Shown: piece after piece, positions 18,952-28,088 of the stretch
Position numbering within the stretch: position 1 is the first letter of the stretch
Layout: every line of letters starts with the position of its first letter
Position numbers and translations under genes: made by a program
NCBI GenBank assembly: GCA_016281935.1
Contig: JAEEJN010000111.1
Location: forward strand, 4,742-68,741
Origin: Bacillota bacterium
GTDB lineage: Bacteria > Bacillota > Clostridia > Christensenellales > UMGS416
DNA: 64,000 nt
Direction of reading: 5' to 3'
Notes under the pieces: generated by a model
What the model was told of the DNA's origin: nothing
Databases searched by the model: none
Seen by the model: the letters and a program-made list of their open reading frames with translations, nothing else

Positions 18952-20123
18952 TGGAAAACATTTTGTCGCCGATCGTGATCCTCGGTGGAGGCGCGGCGGG
19001 TCTGGCAGCGGCTTCCATGGCCGTAAGGATGGGGCAGCACGTACTGCTGGCGGAAAGAGAAGCTTTTTTCGGAGGACAGTACAGACAGGCCGGAGCGGAG
19101 TCCATGATGGGCTTCGCATCCTGTCAGTCCGTGACCGAACTCCGCTCTCTTTCCGCTTTTTCTGACTCTGAAGGAAGAATTTCGTTTGATATCTATTCAG
19201 AGTGGGCGGATTCCATACTGCTTCATCCGAAAGTGGATACGCTCATCCATACTTCACTTTCATCCGTGAAAGTCAGAGACGGTGAGATCAGCCGCCTGGA
19301 TCTGGCATCTCCACAGGGAAGGATCTCCGTAAAACCCGAAGTCGTGATCGACGCTACGGGAACAGGTATGTGTGCGATATCCGCCGGGGTTCCGTATCTC
19401 CCGGGAGACGGAAAAGGATTGGTGATGCCGCCTGTTCTGTGCCTGACAGCGGAAAACGCAGACAGGGAACTGTTTCTCATGAAAGGCATCGGGATATTTC
19501 ATCCCGAATCGGATCTATTTGCCGAGATTCGGACCAAAACGGACAGAAACGGGAAGATCCGGGTCAATCTCGTTCGAAAAGGAAACTATTCAGGAGATCT
19601 TTCGGCTAAAGAATCGTCAGGTCTTCAGATCGGCGTTCGCAGAGACATCCGGCAGGCGGAAGAAATGATAAGGCGTCTTATTCCGGGAATGTCAGAAGCG
19701 GAACTGATTCCTTTTTCATATGGATACCTGCTTCCGGAAGGTCCTCATCCTTCAGGCTGTCATGTCCTTTCAGAGGAAGAAGTATCTTCAGGAACTGTCT
19801 TTGATGACTGGGCAGTCGGCAGATTGCGGACAAATGACGGCTCTGTCTGCTGTTCTCTTCCCTATGGATCGTTCGTGACCCGGGAAATCCGTAATCTGAT
19901 CCTTGCGGGGCGCTGTCTGTCCATGGAATCCGGAGCCTTCAAAAAACTGAGAGGTCTTTCTTTTTCTCTCGCGTCCGGAAATGCCGCCGGCTGTGCTGCA
20001 GTGCTTTCTCTTGCATACGGCGGCCGCGTGAAGAAGATCGACATGGAGTATTTTCATGAAGCTCTGTCGGATCTCGGTATGGCAGCTCCGGAAAAAAAGC
20101 ATTCCGACAGTTCTGATAAATGA
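18951..20123 (+). CDS. FAD-dependent oxidoreductase family protein (divergent, visibly lower GC)
   Basis: 390 aa with an N-terminal GGGAAGLAAA dinucleotide-binding motif and a C-terminal AGRCLS...GNAAGCAA block. Its start overlaps the dnaN stop (TGATG). Confidence 0.7.
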   Translation: MENILSPIVILGGGAAGLAAASMAVRMGQHVLLAEREAFFGGQYRQAGAESMMGFASCQSVTELRSLSAFSDSEGRISFDIYSEWADSILLHPKVDTLIHTSLSSVKVRDGEISRLDLASPQGRISVKPEVVIDATGTGMCAISAGVPYLPGDGKGLVMPPVLCLTAENADRELFLMKGIGIFHPESDLFAEIRTKTDRNGKIRVNLVRKGNYSGDLSAKESSGLQIGVRRDIRQAEEMIRRLIPGMSEAELIPFSYGYLLPEGPHPSGCHVLSEEEVSSGTVFDDWAVGRLRTNDGSVCCSLPYGSFVTREIRNLILAGRCLSMESGAFKKLRGLSFSLASGNAAGCAAVLSLAYGGRVKKIDMEYFHEALSDLGMAAPEKKHSDSSDK

Positions 20124-20124
20124 A

Positions 20125-20150
20125 AAATCAGCCCTTAGAGGGGCTGATTT
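20125..20150. terminator. bidirectional terminator
   Basis: AAATCAGCCC-TTAGAG-GGGCTGATTT between convergent genes. Confidence 0.7.
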
Positions 20151-20176
20151 CCGTATCAAATCATTGAGCAGTGAGG

Positions 20177-21361
20177 TCAAGAATGCCCAAACACCTTCGA
20201 AAGCTCCCTGAAAGCGTTTGCGGAACGCTCTATCACCGCTTCGTCCACACAGTAGGCGAGCCGGGCATGACCGGGACAGCCGAATCCGCTGCCGGGAACC
20301 ATGAGGATATGGTGCTCGGAAGCGATGCGGCAGAATTCCATATCATCCTCGATCAGGGTCTTGGGGAAGAGGTAGAAGGCCCCTTCCGGCCTGGTGCACT
20401 CGTAGCCGTTCTCCAGGAGGATCTGGTAGAGCCGCTCACCGCGTCTCCTGTAGATATCGACCTCGGCGGGAAGATCCAAACAGGCCGCCACCACGCCCTG
20501 AAGAAGGGAGGGTGCGTTGACGAATCCCAGGACACGGTTCGTGTAGGCGCAGGCAGAGGCAAGAAGTTCCGCGTCCTGCGTGTCGGGCCGGATGGCAATG
20601 TAGCCGATGCGTTCTCCGGGCAGGGACAGGCTCTTGGAGAAGGAATTGACGACGACGCTGTTCTCGATGAACTTCAGAACGCTCGGGACCTCGACCCCGT
20701 AGGTCAGTTTGCCATAGGGCTCGTCCGAAAGGGTCAGAATGGGCGTCTCCATCTTCAGTTCATGCTCCCTGGAACGCAGGATGCCGTTCAGGGCGGCGAG
20801 GTCGGAAGCGGGATACACAACACCCGTAGGGTTGTTCGGAGAATTCAGAAGGACGGCGCGGGTTCTGGGCGTGACAGCTCTGCCGATGGCGAGCAGATCC
20901 AGCTGGAAATTCCCGGCCTTTGAAGGAACGGCTACGGCTTTTCCGCCGTAATTGCCGATGTAGGAGAGGTACTCCACGAAATAGGGTGAAATGATGATCA
21001 CTTCATCCCCTTCTTCAAGGATCGATTTGAAAATGCAGTTCAGCGCACCGGCGGCGCCTACAGTCATGATCACGTTTCCGGCAGTGAGCTGAAGTCCGGA
21101 ACGGCGGGATTCATAAGCGGCGACGGCTTCTCTCGCGTCCACAGCTCCGGCATTCGCCATGTATTTATGGATCCCCGGCCTGCGGACGAGGCGTTCCATT
21201 TCCGCGAGACAGGCCTCCGGCGGCTCGAGGTCCGGATTTCCGAGAGAAAAGTCGAATACATTCTCTTCTCCGTACAGCTGTTTCTGACGGGTGCCTTCTT
21301 CAAACATCTTGCGGATAAAAGAACCTCCCTGCATGGCAGCGGCGATGGCAGGTGTAATCAT
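20177..21361 (-). CDS. pyridoxal-phosphate-dependent aminotransferase, class I/II (AspC-like)
   Basis: 394 aa with NPTG and the NSFSKSLSLPGERIGY PLP-lysine block. Confidence 0.88.
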   Translation of the reverse strand: MITPAIAAAMQGGSFIRKMFEEGTRQKQLYGEENVFDFSLGNPDLEPPEACLAEMERLVRRPGIHKYMANAGAVDAREAVAAYESRRSGLQLTAGNVIMTVGAAGALNCIFKSILEEGDEVIIISPYFVEYLSYIGNYGGKAVAVPSKAGNFQLDLLAIGRAVTPRTRAVLLNSPNNPTGVVYPASDLAALNGILRSREHELKMETPILTLSDEPYGKLTYGVEVPSVLKFIENSVVVNSFSKSLSLPGERIGYIAIRPDTQDAELLASACAYTNRVLGFVNAPSLLQGVVAACLDLPAEVDIYRRRGERLYQILLENGYECTRPEGAFYLFPKTLIEDDMEFCRIASEHHILMVPGSGFGCPGHARLAYCVDEAVIERSANAFRELSKVFGHS

Positions 21362-21376
21362 AATTCATCCTTTCTA

Positions 21377-21392
21377 TGTTCCACGTGGAACA
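21377..21392. promoter_or_regulatory. parS: parS site 1 (perfect palindrome)
   Basis: TGTTCCACGTGGAACA, which extends to the 18-bp perfect palindrome ATGTTCCACGTGGAACAT (21376-21393). Lies 15 nt from the aminotransferase start codon. Confidence 0.8.
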
Positions 21393-21488
21393 TTGTCGGT
21401 TCAGCGGTCTGTATACCGCTTTTTCTTTTTCTTCTGATTGTTTTATTGTATCACAAACGACAGACGTGTGAAAGCACCGCGGTCTTTC

Positions 21489-21507
21489 TGTTTCACGCGG
21501 TGAAACA
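21489..21507. promoter_or_regulatory. parS-like site 2, half-sites split by a 3-bp insert
   Basis: TGTTTCAC-GCG-GTGAAACA. Both 8-bp half-sites are consensus but separated by GCG. Confidence 0.5.
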
Positions 21508-21513
21508 GGGCAA

Positions 21514-21529
21514 TGTTCCACGTGAAACA
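21514..21529. promoter_or_regulatory. parS: parS site 3 (consensus)
   Basis: TGTTCCACGTGAAACA matches the Firmicutes parS consensus TGTTNCACGTGAAACA. Lies about 35 bp upstream of a TATAAT at 21564-21569. Confidence 0.85.
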
Positions 21530-21600
21530 TTTCGTGCCCCTTTTCCCGAAGCGGAGAATCGGTTATAATAGTTGATACAAGCGACCATCAAGGAGGCAGT

Positions 21601-22374
21601 ATGGGCAAGATCATCGCGGTAGCGAACCAGAAAGGCGGCGTGGGCAAAACGACCACGGCCGTGAATCTTTCCGCCTGTCTTGCGGCTGCCGGGAAAAGGA
21701 CGCTCCTTCTGGACCTCGATCCTCAGGGAAACAGTACGTCCGGGCTCGGACTGGAAAAAACCGAAGGGCAGCTCTCATCCTACGACCTTCTTCTGTCGGG
21801 AGCGGATCCTGAAGAAACAATCCATCCGACCCAGATGGACGGGCTGAAGATCATCCCCTCTTCCATCGACCTTGCCGGCGCAGAGATTGAGCTTGTGTCC
21901 GTAAAATCCAGGGAAACCCTCCTTCGAACAGTACTGAAATCTGTTCGAGAGAAATATGACTATATCCTGATCGACTGCCCGCCGTCGCTCGGACTGCTGA
22001 CCATCAACGCACTGACAGCTTCCGACTCGGTCCTTGTGCCGATCCAGTGTGAATTCTACGCTCTGGAAGGCCTTTCTCAGCTGACGCGCACGGTTACGCT
22101 GGTCCGTCAGGGACTGAATCCGCGTCTGAGGATCGAAGGAGTCGTTCTCACGATGTACGACTCGAGAACGAGGCTTTCCGCACAGGTCGCCGAAGAAGTC
22201 AGGCATTATTTCGGAGAGAAAGTCTTCGATACCGTGATTCCGCGCAACGTACGGCTGAGCGAGGCTCCCAGCTATGGAATGCCTGTGATCCTGTACGATC
22301 CGTCCTGCAGCGGTTCGGAAGCATACCGGAATCTGGCTCGGGAACTCATAAAGAACGAGGAGGAGAAAAGATGA
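21601..22374 (+). CDS. parA: chromosome partitioning ATPase ParA/Soj
   Basis: 257 aa with the deviant Walker A KGGVGKTT. SD AAGGAGG. Confidence 0.93.
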   Translation: MGKIIAVANQKGGVGKTTTAVNLSACLAAAGKRTLLLDLDPQGNSTSGLGLEKTEGQLSSYDLLLSGADPEETIHPTQMDGLKIIPSSIDLAGAEIELVSVKSRETLLRTVLKSVREKYDYILIDCPPSLGLLTINALTASDSVLVPIQCEFYALEGLSQLTRTVTLVRQGLNPRLRIEGVVLTMYDSRTRLSAQVAEEVRHYFGEKVFDTVIPRNVRLSEAPSYGMPVILYDPSCSGSEAYRNLARELIKNEEEKR

Positions 22375-23249
22375 AGAAAAAAGGCGGACTTGGTCGCGGA
22401 CTTGGCGTGTTTTTCTCCGAACCTGTCGTAACGGAGCCCGAAACGGAGACATCCGCGGGCGACGTCCGGCAGATCTCCGTTCTTCTGATCGATCCCAACC
22501 CTTCCCAGCCCAGAAGGACGTTCGACGAGGAAAGCCTGCGCGAGCTCTCCGAATCCATCGCAGCCCACGGTGTGCTCCAGCCGCTTCTTGCGGTACCTGC
22601 CGGTGAGCGCTATCATCTCGTGGCGGGCGAAAGACGCTGGAGGGCGGCCCGTCTGGCCGGCCTGAAGGAAGTGCCGGTACGCGTCATGGATCTTTCCGCC
22701 GCGGAACAGGCGGAGATCTCCCTTATCGAAAACCTTCAGAGGGACGATCTGACGCCTCTTGAAGAAGCAGCAGGTATACGCGCGCTCATGGACGGTTTCT
22801 CCCTGACACAGGAAGAAGCGGCTTCCCGTCTCGGAAAAAGTCGCAGCGCCGTGGCCAATGCGCTCCGGCTCCTGAATCTGCCCGACACCGTGCAGGCGCT
22901 GCTCGCTTCGGGAAAACTGTCCGCCGGCCACGCGAAATCCCTTGCAGGGATCCCGGATGCTGATCTTGTGCGGGAACTGGCGGAAAAAGCTGTTTCCCAG
23001 GGCCTGAGCGTCAGGCAGATGGAAGAACTTTCCAGACAGGTCGGACGGAAGAAGCCGGACAAACCTGGAAAGAAGGGGAACGACCCCGCTTTTGCCGAGA
23101 TGGAGGAAGCCCTGAGCCGTCTTTTCGGCACGAAAGTATCCGTGACGGGCGATCTGGAAAAGGGACGTATCAGCATGCAGTATTTCAGCCGTGAAGATCT
23201 GGAAAGGATCTATGAGACCGTCATGCGGTACGCGGAGGACAGAGTATGA
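22371..23249 (+). CDS. parB: chromosome partitioning protein ParB/Spo0J
   Basis: 292 aa with the GERRWRAARLAG (CTP-binding box) and an HTH region. ATGA overlap with parA. Confidence 0.93.
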   Translation: MKKKGGLGRGLGVFFSEPVVTEPETETSAGDVRQISVLLIDPNPSQPRRTFDEESLRELSESIAAHGVLQPLLAVPAGERYHLVAGERRWRAARLAGLKEVPVRVMDLSAAEQAEISLIENLQRDDLTPLEEAAGIRALMDGFSLTQEEAASRLGKSRSAVANALRLLNLPDTVQALLASGKLSAGHAKSLAGIPDADLVRELAEKAVSQGLSVRQMEELSRQVGRKKPDKPGKKGNDPAFAEMEEALSRLFGTKVSVTGDLEKGRISMQYFSREDLERIYETVMRYAEDRV

Positions 23250-24349
23250 GTCACAGAGCCAGCCGTATCCTGCGGCGCACGGTCTTCTTTCTGATCGTGG
23301 GCCTGCTTCTCTGCGGCGCGGGCGTGTTCGCTGCGGTCAAACTGAAGGACCTGAGGCAGTCCGGTCTGTCGCTGTACGCGCTTCCGGCGGATCCCGGCCG
23401 TGTCTATGAGGCAAAAGACGGTCTGATGACCATACAGAACGGCATGCTTGTAAGGCTGAATGCGCAGGCGGAGCCGCTGTTTTCCGCTGAACTGGAAGAC
23501 GGGAGCGCCAAAGCCTGCGGGAATGCGGAGCTGACGGCAGTCTATCATGGGCCTACGCTGCGGATCTACGACAACAACGGGACGCTGCTTGTCCAGCACA
23601 CGCTCGAGACGGAGATCCTGGATATGGTCATGGGCGACGAGTCCTATGCCGTACTGTTCCAGCAGGACGGGCAGAAGCGCGTCTCCGTATACCGTACAGA
23701 CACGACGCCTCTTGACGAAAACATACTGTTCCCCTACCAGTCCGTCCTCGACTTGGATCTGTTCGACGGTGACAGGCAGCTCTGGACGCTGTCTCTGGAC
23801 GTGCATTCGACGCAGCCTGTTTCTATGATCAAGACGAGGAACGTGGGACTGACGACTACGGCCAGTCTGTCCGTAGACGGTGAGATCGTATACGGAACGG
23901 CCCCGTACAAAGGCGGATTCGTTACGGTCGGCACGCAGACCATGAAGGTCTGGGACAGCAAAGGAACCGAGAACTTCTCCCAGATGATCTACGGCTGGAT
24001 CCTCCAGGATATGGAAGAAGATTCAAAAGGCAGGATGCAGTGCATCTTCTGTCCTGCCGATCCCGAAGGTTCCGGAGTGAAAACCATGCTCTGGTATATC
24101 CGTCTGGAAGCGGACGGGACCACTACGCAGTACCGTTATTCCCTGCCGGCCGATACGCTCGCGGTATGTCTGACGGACAGGGATATCGCTGCAGTCACGA
24201 CTTCCCAGCTTGTCCGCATGCCCTGTCAGGGCGGTCGCACGGACAGTCTGGATCTGTCGGTCCAGGTCTCATCCGTCCAGGTCCTGGAAAACAGCCACGG
24301 CCTGATTCTCCGCAGCGGAGATCAGGAATATCTTCTGAAGCTGGATTAG
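23246..24349 (+). CDS. hypothetical membrane-anchored protein (short basic N-tail, 1 TM, ~330-aa beta-rich ectodomain)
   Basis: 367 aa: MSHRASRILRR + TM (FFLIVGLLLCGAGVFAAV). ATGA overlap with the parB stop. No motif I recognise. Confidence 0.75.
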   Translation: MSHRASRILRRTVFFLIVGLLLCGAGVFAAVKLKDLRQSGLSLYALPADPGRVYEAKDGLMTIQNGMLVRLNAQAEPLFSAELEDGSAKACGNAELTAVYHGPTLRIYDNNGTLLVQHTLETEILDMVMGDESYAVLFQQDGQKRVSVYRTDTTPLDENILFPYQSVLDLDLFDGDRQLWTLSLDVHSTQPVSMIKTRNVGLTTTASLSVDGEIVYGTAPYKGGFVTVGTQTMKVWDSKGTENFSQMIYGWILQDMEEDSKGRMQCIFCPADPEGSGVKTMLWYIRLEADGTTTQYRYSLPADTLAVCLTDRDIAAVTTSQLVRMPCQGGRTDSLDLSVQVSSVQVLENSHGLILRSGDQEYLLKLD

Positions 24350-24357
24350 GAGGTATC

Positions 24358-25107
24358 ATGAACTATCTGGATATCCTCTGTTTTCTGATCGTACTCGGAT
24401 GCGCGTTTATCGGTCTGTATCAGGGATTTCTGCGCAGTTCCGCCAATACGGGCGCTCTTCTCTGCGGCATGGTGGGAGGTGCCCTGTTCTGGAAGATCGT
24501 AGCCAGAGGCTTCGTGCGAGGCGGACAGCTCATCCCCACCCTCCTGAACTTTTCAGAATCGGATGAATTCCTGATGGGGGCCGGGGAAACGTACGGAGAA
24601 AGGCTGATGACGGCCATCTCCAATATCCGCATGCCTGTTTCCTCTCTGCAGCCCGGTTTTCTGGAGAAGATGACGGAAACGCTGAACCAGCCCATCCTCG
24701 CCCCGTTCGATTCCATGCTGGAAAGAAACGTCGCAAATCTAGCGTTCGAGGGACAGGCGTCGATGCTGGGCGAATATCTGAGCCTTACTGTGGCCTATTT
24801 CGCTACGGCTGTCGTGAGTTTTCTGCTCGTATTTGCTCTGTGCAGCGTCGTTTTCCTTTTCCTTGCCGCCCTGGCGGATCACGTGTTCCAGTTTCCGCTG
24901 CTCAGACATTTCGACGGACTTGCCGGCGCAGGCGCCGGTGCACTGTCCGGCCTGATCGTTCTTCTGGCCGCCGGGCTGCTGATCCCCGTCGTCCTGTCAT
25001 TCGTGTCCGTACCTCTGCTGCAGGAGATGGTCGAGACGTCGCTGTTCGCCCGTCTGATCTATGGAGGGAACCCGCTGATCGGGCTTTTTACGAGGTTCAT
25101 AGGCTGA
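24358..25107 (+). CDS. cvpA: CvpA-family membrane protein
   Basis: ORF trimmed to the ATG at 24358 (SD AGGAGG), giving MNYLDILCFLIVLGCAFIGLYQGFLRS. Multi-TM. Confidence 0.75.
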   Translation: MNYLDILCFLIVLGCAFIGLYQGFLRSSANTGALLCGMVGGALFWKIVARGFVRGGQLIPTLLNFSESDEFLMGAGETYGERLMTAISNIRMPVSSLQPGFLEKMTETLNQPILAPFDSMLERNVANLAFEGQASMLGEYLSLTVAYFATAVVSFLLVFALCSVVFLFLAALADHVFQFPLLRHFDGLAGAGAGALSGLIVLLAAGLLIPVVLSFVSVPLLQEMVETSLFARLIYGGNPLIGLFTRFIG

Positions 25108-25186
25108 CAGGCAAACGGTCTGATTCAGCGCTTTTGTCTTGCAAAAGAGGGGCGCGTTCGCTATACTTGACAACGGAGGATCCGCG

Positions 25187-26293
25187 ATGCTGATACAGCC
25201 CCTGACTCATGCCCAGCAGACTTCCCGCCGCAGGGAGCGGCAGGAAGATGTTCGCGGGCCTTTTTTCAGGGATCAGACCGCGATCCTGCACAGCATGGCC
25301 TTCAGGAGGCTGAAAAAAAAGACACAGGTCTTCTTCGCACCGGAGAACGATCATATCTGCACCCGGATGGAGCATGTGCTCCATGTGGCGACGATCGCCG
25401 TCACGATTTCCCGGGGCCTCATGGGCGCCGGCTGGGACATGGATACGGATCTGGCCTATGCGGCAGGCATGGGGCATGATATGGGCCATACTCCGTTCGG
25501 GCATTCCGGAGAACGGATGCTCAACGGTTTCCTTCCCGGAGGTTTCCGTCACGAAGCCCATTCCCTTCGCGTGGTGGACACGCTGGCACAGGGCGGAAAA
25601 GGTCTGAATCTGACCCGTGCCGTCCGGGACGGGATCGTGTGTCATAACGGAGAAAGAATGGAACGCGCCTTGTCTCCCGAAGCCAAGCCCCGGCTGCCGG
25701 AAGAGAAGCTGACGGCGGAGTTCTATCCTGCGACCTGGGAAGGATGCGCCGTACGGATGGCGGACAGGATCGCCTATCTCGGGCGGGACATGGAGGACGC
25801 GATGACAGCAGGTCTCCTCTCCCCTTCCGATCTGCCTGCAGAGCTCCGTCCACACGCGGAAAACCTGAATTCTTTCCTGATCGACTCCTTTGTGGAGGAC
25901 ATCGTCACAAACTCTCCGAAAGAAGGCTGTCTGGCCCTTACGGAAGAGGCTTTCCACAATTACAACGTCTGGTACGGCTTCAATGTGGAACGGATCTACC
26001 GGCATCCCATGCTGCAGGAATACGAAGCGCGGACGACGAGGATCCTGGACATGCTTCTGGATGCCCTGTGCCGCAGGAGCGAAGCGTACCTGGACGATCC
26101 CGGCCGGGCTTTGAAGGACGCCGAAGGACCGGATATCCTGTATCAGGATTTTGCTCAGTTCTATCTGGAGCTGACGGAGATCTATCAAAAGGGCGAAGCG
26201 CCCCGGCTTACAGCCGATTACGTGGCGGGCATGACCGACCAGTTCGCGCTGGAGCAGGTGCGCAGGCTTCTCTGGCCCCGCCCGATCGCTTAA
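25187..26293 (+). CDS. HD-domain dGTP triphosphohydrolase-like protein
   Basis: Start at the ATG at 25187 (SD GGAGGA). FRRLKKKTQVF, RMEHVLHV and GHDMGHTPFGH motifs. Confidence 0.85.
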   Translation: MLIQPLTHAQQTSRRRERQEDVRGPFFRDQTAILHSMAFRRLKKKTQVFFAPENDHICTRMEHVLHVATIAVTISRGLMGAGWDMDTDLAYAAGMGHDMGHTPFGHSGERMLNGFLPGGFRHEAHSLRVVDTLAQGGKGLNLTRAVRDGIVCHNGERMERALSPEAKPRLPEEKLTAEFYPATWEGCAVRMADRIAYLGRDMEDAMTAGLLSPSDLPAELRPHAENLNSFLIDSFVEDIVTNSPKEGCLALTEEAFHNYNVWYGFNVERIYRHPMLQEYEARTTRILDMLLDALCRRSEAYLDDPGRALKDAEGPDILYQDFAQFYLELTEIYQKGEAPRLTADYVAGMTDQFALEQVRRLLWPRPIA

Positions 26294-26355
26294 GTTCATA
26301 CACGGGAATCTCCCGTTTAATGATGGTATTGAAATGGTATAAAGGAGGAAAAACC

Positions 26356-27843
26356 ATGTCTTACGCCAATATCCCCGAAGTCAAGATCGGCCTGGTCGCT
26401 GTCAGCCGTGACTGCTTCCCCATCGCTCTGTCCCATCAGCGCCGCGTGGCCATCATGGAAGAAGTGAAAAAGCTGGGTCTCCCGGTCGTGGAAATGCAGA
26501 CGATCGTCGAGAACGAAGCCGATTCCCTCAAGGCTCTGGACGAGCTCAAAGCTTCCGGCGTGAATGCCCTCGTCATGTTCCTGGGCAACTTCGGCCCTGA
26601 AGGCCCCGAAGTCTACGTAGCCGAGAAGTTCGACGGCCCCGTCATGTTCGTGGCTGCCGCCGAAGAATCCGGAGACACCATGTTCGACGGCCGCGGCGAT
26701 GCCTACTGCGGCATGCTGAACGCTTCCTACAACCTGAAGCTGCACGGCGTCAAGGCCTACATCCCCGAGTATCCCGTGGGCAACGCGAAGCGCTGCGCCG
26801 AGATGATCGGTGACTTCGTGCCCGTAGCCCGCATCATCCTGGGCATCAAGTCCTTCAAGGTCATCTCCTTCGGTCCCCGTCCCTACGACTTCCTGGCCTG
26901 CAACGCCCCCATCAAGGGCCTGTACGATCTCGGCGCTTCCATCCAGGAGAACTCCGAACTGGATCTGTTCGAATCCTATCATAAGCACGCGAATGATCCC
27001 CGCATCCCCGAAGTCATCGCGGATATGGAGAAGGAACTGGGTGCCGGCAACCGCTACGCGGGAATCCTGCCCCGTTTGGCGCAGTATGAGATCACCCTGC
27101 TCGATTGGATCGATGCCAATAAGGGAGCATACAAGTATGTGGCCATGGCAAACAAATGCTGGCCCGCTTTCCAGACCCAGTTCGGCTTCGTACCCTGCTA
27201 TGTGAACTCCCGTCTGGCTTCCCGCATGATCCCCGTCGCCTGCGAGACCGATATCTACGGCGCTCTGTCCGAATATATCCTGGCCTGCGCGACCGGCATC
27301 TCCCCCACGCTGCTGGACATCAACAACTCCGTGCCTCAGGATATGTATGATTCCGAGATCAAGGGCAAGTACAACTACACGATCGAGGAGACCTTCATGG
27401 GCTTCCATTGCGGCAACACCCCGATCTGCCACCTTGCCAAGGGCGAAATGAGCTATCAGCGCATCATGAAGCGCAGCCTGGAGCCCGACACCGAGCCCGA
27501 CATCACCCGCGGCACCCTCGAAGGCAACATCGCGGCTTCCCCCATCACGTTCTTCCGTCTGCAGAGCGCTTCGGACGCCACCCTGCACAGCTATGTGGCT
27601 GAGGGTGAAGTCCTGCCCGTCGACTGCCGTTCCTTCGGCGGCATCGGCGTATTCGCCATCCCGCAGATGGGCCGCTTCTACAGGCATGTCCTCATTGCCA
27701 AGAACTATCCGCATCACGGCGGCGTAGGCTTCGCCAAGGCCGGCAAGGCCCTGTTCGCGGCTATGAAGCTCCTGGGCATCGAAGATGTGGCTTTCAACCA
27801 GCCCGCCGGCATGCTCTACAAGGACGAGAATCCTTTCGGATGA
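26356..27843 (+). CDS. L-fucose/L-arabinose isomerase family protein
   Basis: Start at the ATG at 26356 (SD AAAGGAGG), 495 aa. The family call rests on remembered similarity of the N-terminus (IPEVKIGLVAVSRDCFP) and on length, so it is moderately certain. Confidence 0.6.
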   Translation: MSYANIPEVKIGLVAVSRDCFPIALSHQRRVAIMEEVKKLGLPVVEMQTIVENEADSLKALDELKASGVNALVMFLGNFGPEGPEVYVAEKFDGPVMFVAAAEESGDTMFDGRGDAYCGMLNASYNLKLHGVKAYIPEYPVGNAKRCAEMIGDFVPVARIILGIKSFKVISFGPRPYDFLACNAPIKGLYDLGASIQENSELDLFESYHKHANDPRIPEVIADMEKELGAGNRYAGILPRLAQYEITLLDWIDANKGAYKYVAMANKCWPAFQTQFGFVPCYVNSRLASRMIPVACETDIYGALSEYILACATGISPTLLDINNSVPQDMYDSEIKGKYNYTIEETFMGFHCGNTPICHLAKGEMSYQRIMKRSLEPDTEPDITRGTLEGNIAASPITFFRLQSASDATLHSYVAEGEVLPVDCRSFGGIGVFAIPQMGRFYRHVLIAKNYPHHGGVGFAKAGKALFAAMKLLGIEDVAFNQPAGMLYKDENPFG

Positions 27844-27883
27844 GTCTCCGGCTGTCCTGACAGCAGAATAACGAGTCATTGAT

Positions 27884-27920
27884 TCCCGCAAAAGCCCGTC
27901 TTTTGCGGGAATCTCTTTTT
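27884..27920 (+). terminator. rho-independent terminator
   Basis: TCCCGCAAAAG-loop-CTTTTGCGGGA followed by ATCTCTTTTT. Confidence 0.8.
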
Positions 27921-28059
27921 CTGTGCCGTATTCGTCCCGATATGAAACGGCGGATTTTCCGATGATGGGACGGAGTGGCGGAAAAGGAGACAGAAAGGCA
28001 TGCGTGTGTCAGCTGCTGTTCTTTTTTCAAAATGTCCATATTTTATTCACAATTAGGTG

Positions 28060-28088
28060 TTGCATACGGGGGGTACTTTGTGCATAAT
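28060..28088 (+). promoter_or_regulatory. sigma-A-type promoter
   Basis: TTGCAT - 17 nt - CATAAT, with TG immediately upstream of the -10. Confidence 0.55.

Noticed and set aside
25187-26293. The HD-domain dGTPase-like gene as a possible anti-phage dNTP-depletion defence gene.
   Set aside because: It sits in a core housekeeping context with no mobile, island or defence neighbours and has the size and motifs of the common housekeeping dGTPase-like family. Nothing in the sequence supports a defence role.
25744-27843. N-terminal extensions of ORFs: 25744-26355 on the isomerase gene, 24040-24357 on cvpA, 17752-17850 on dnaN, 49620-49880 on the sigma factor and 9498-10787 on ctpA.
   Set aside because: Each extension overlaps the upstream gene or intergenic DNA and has non-protein-like composition. 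In every case an internal ATG with a strong SD gives the family-typical N-terminus.
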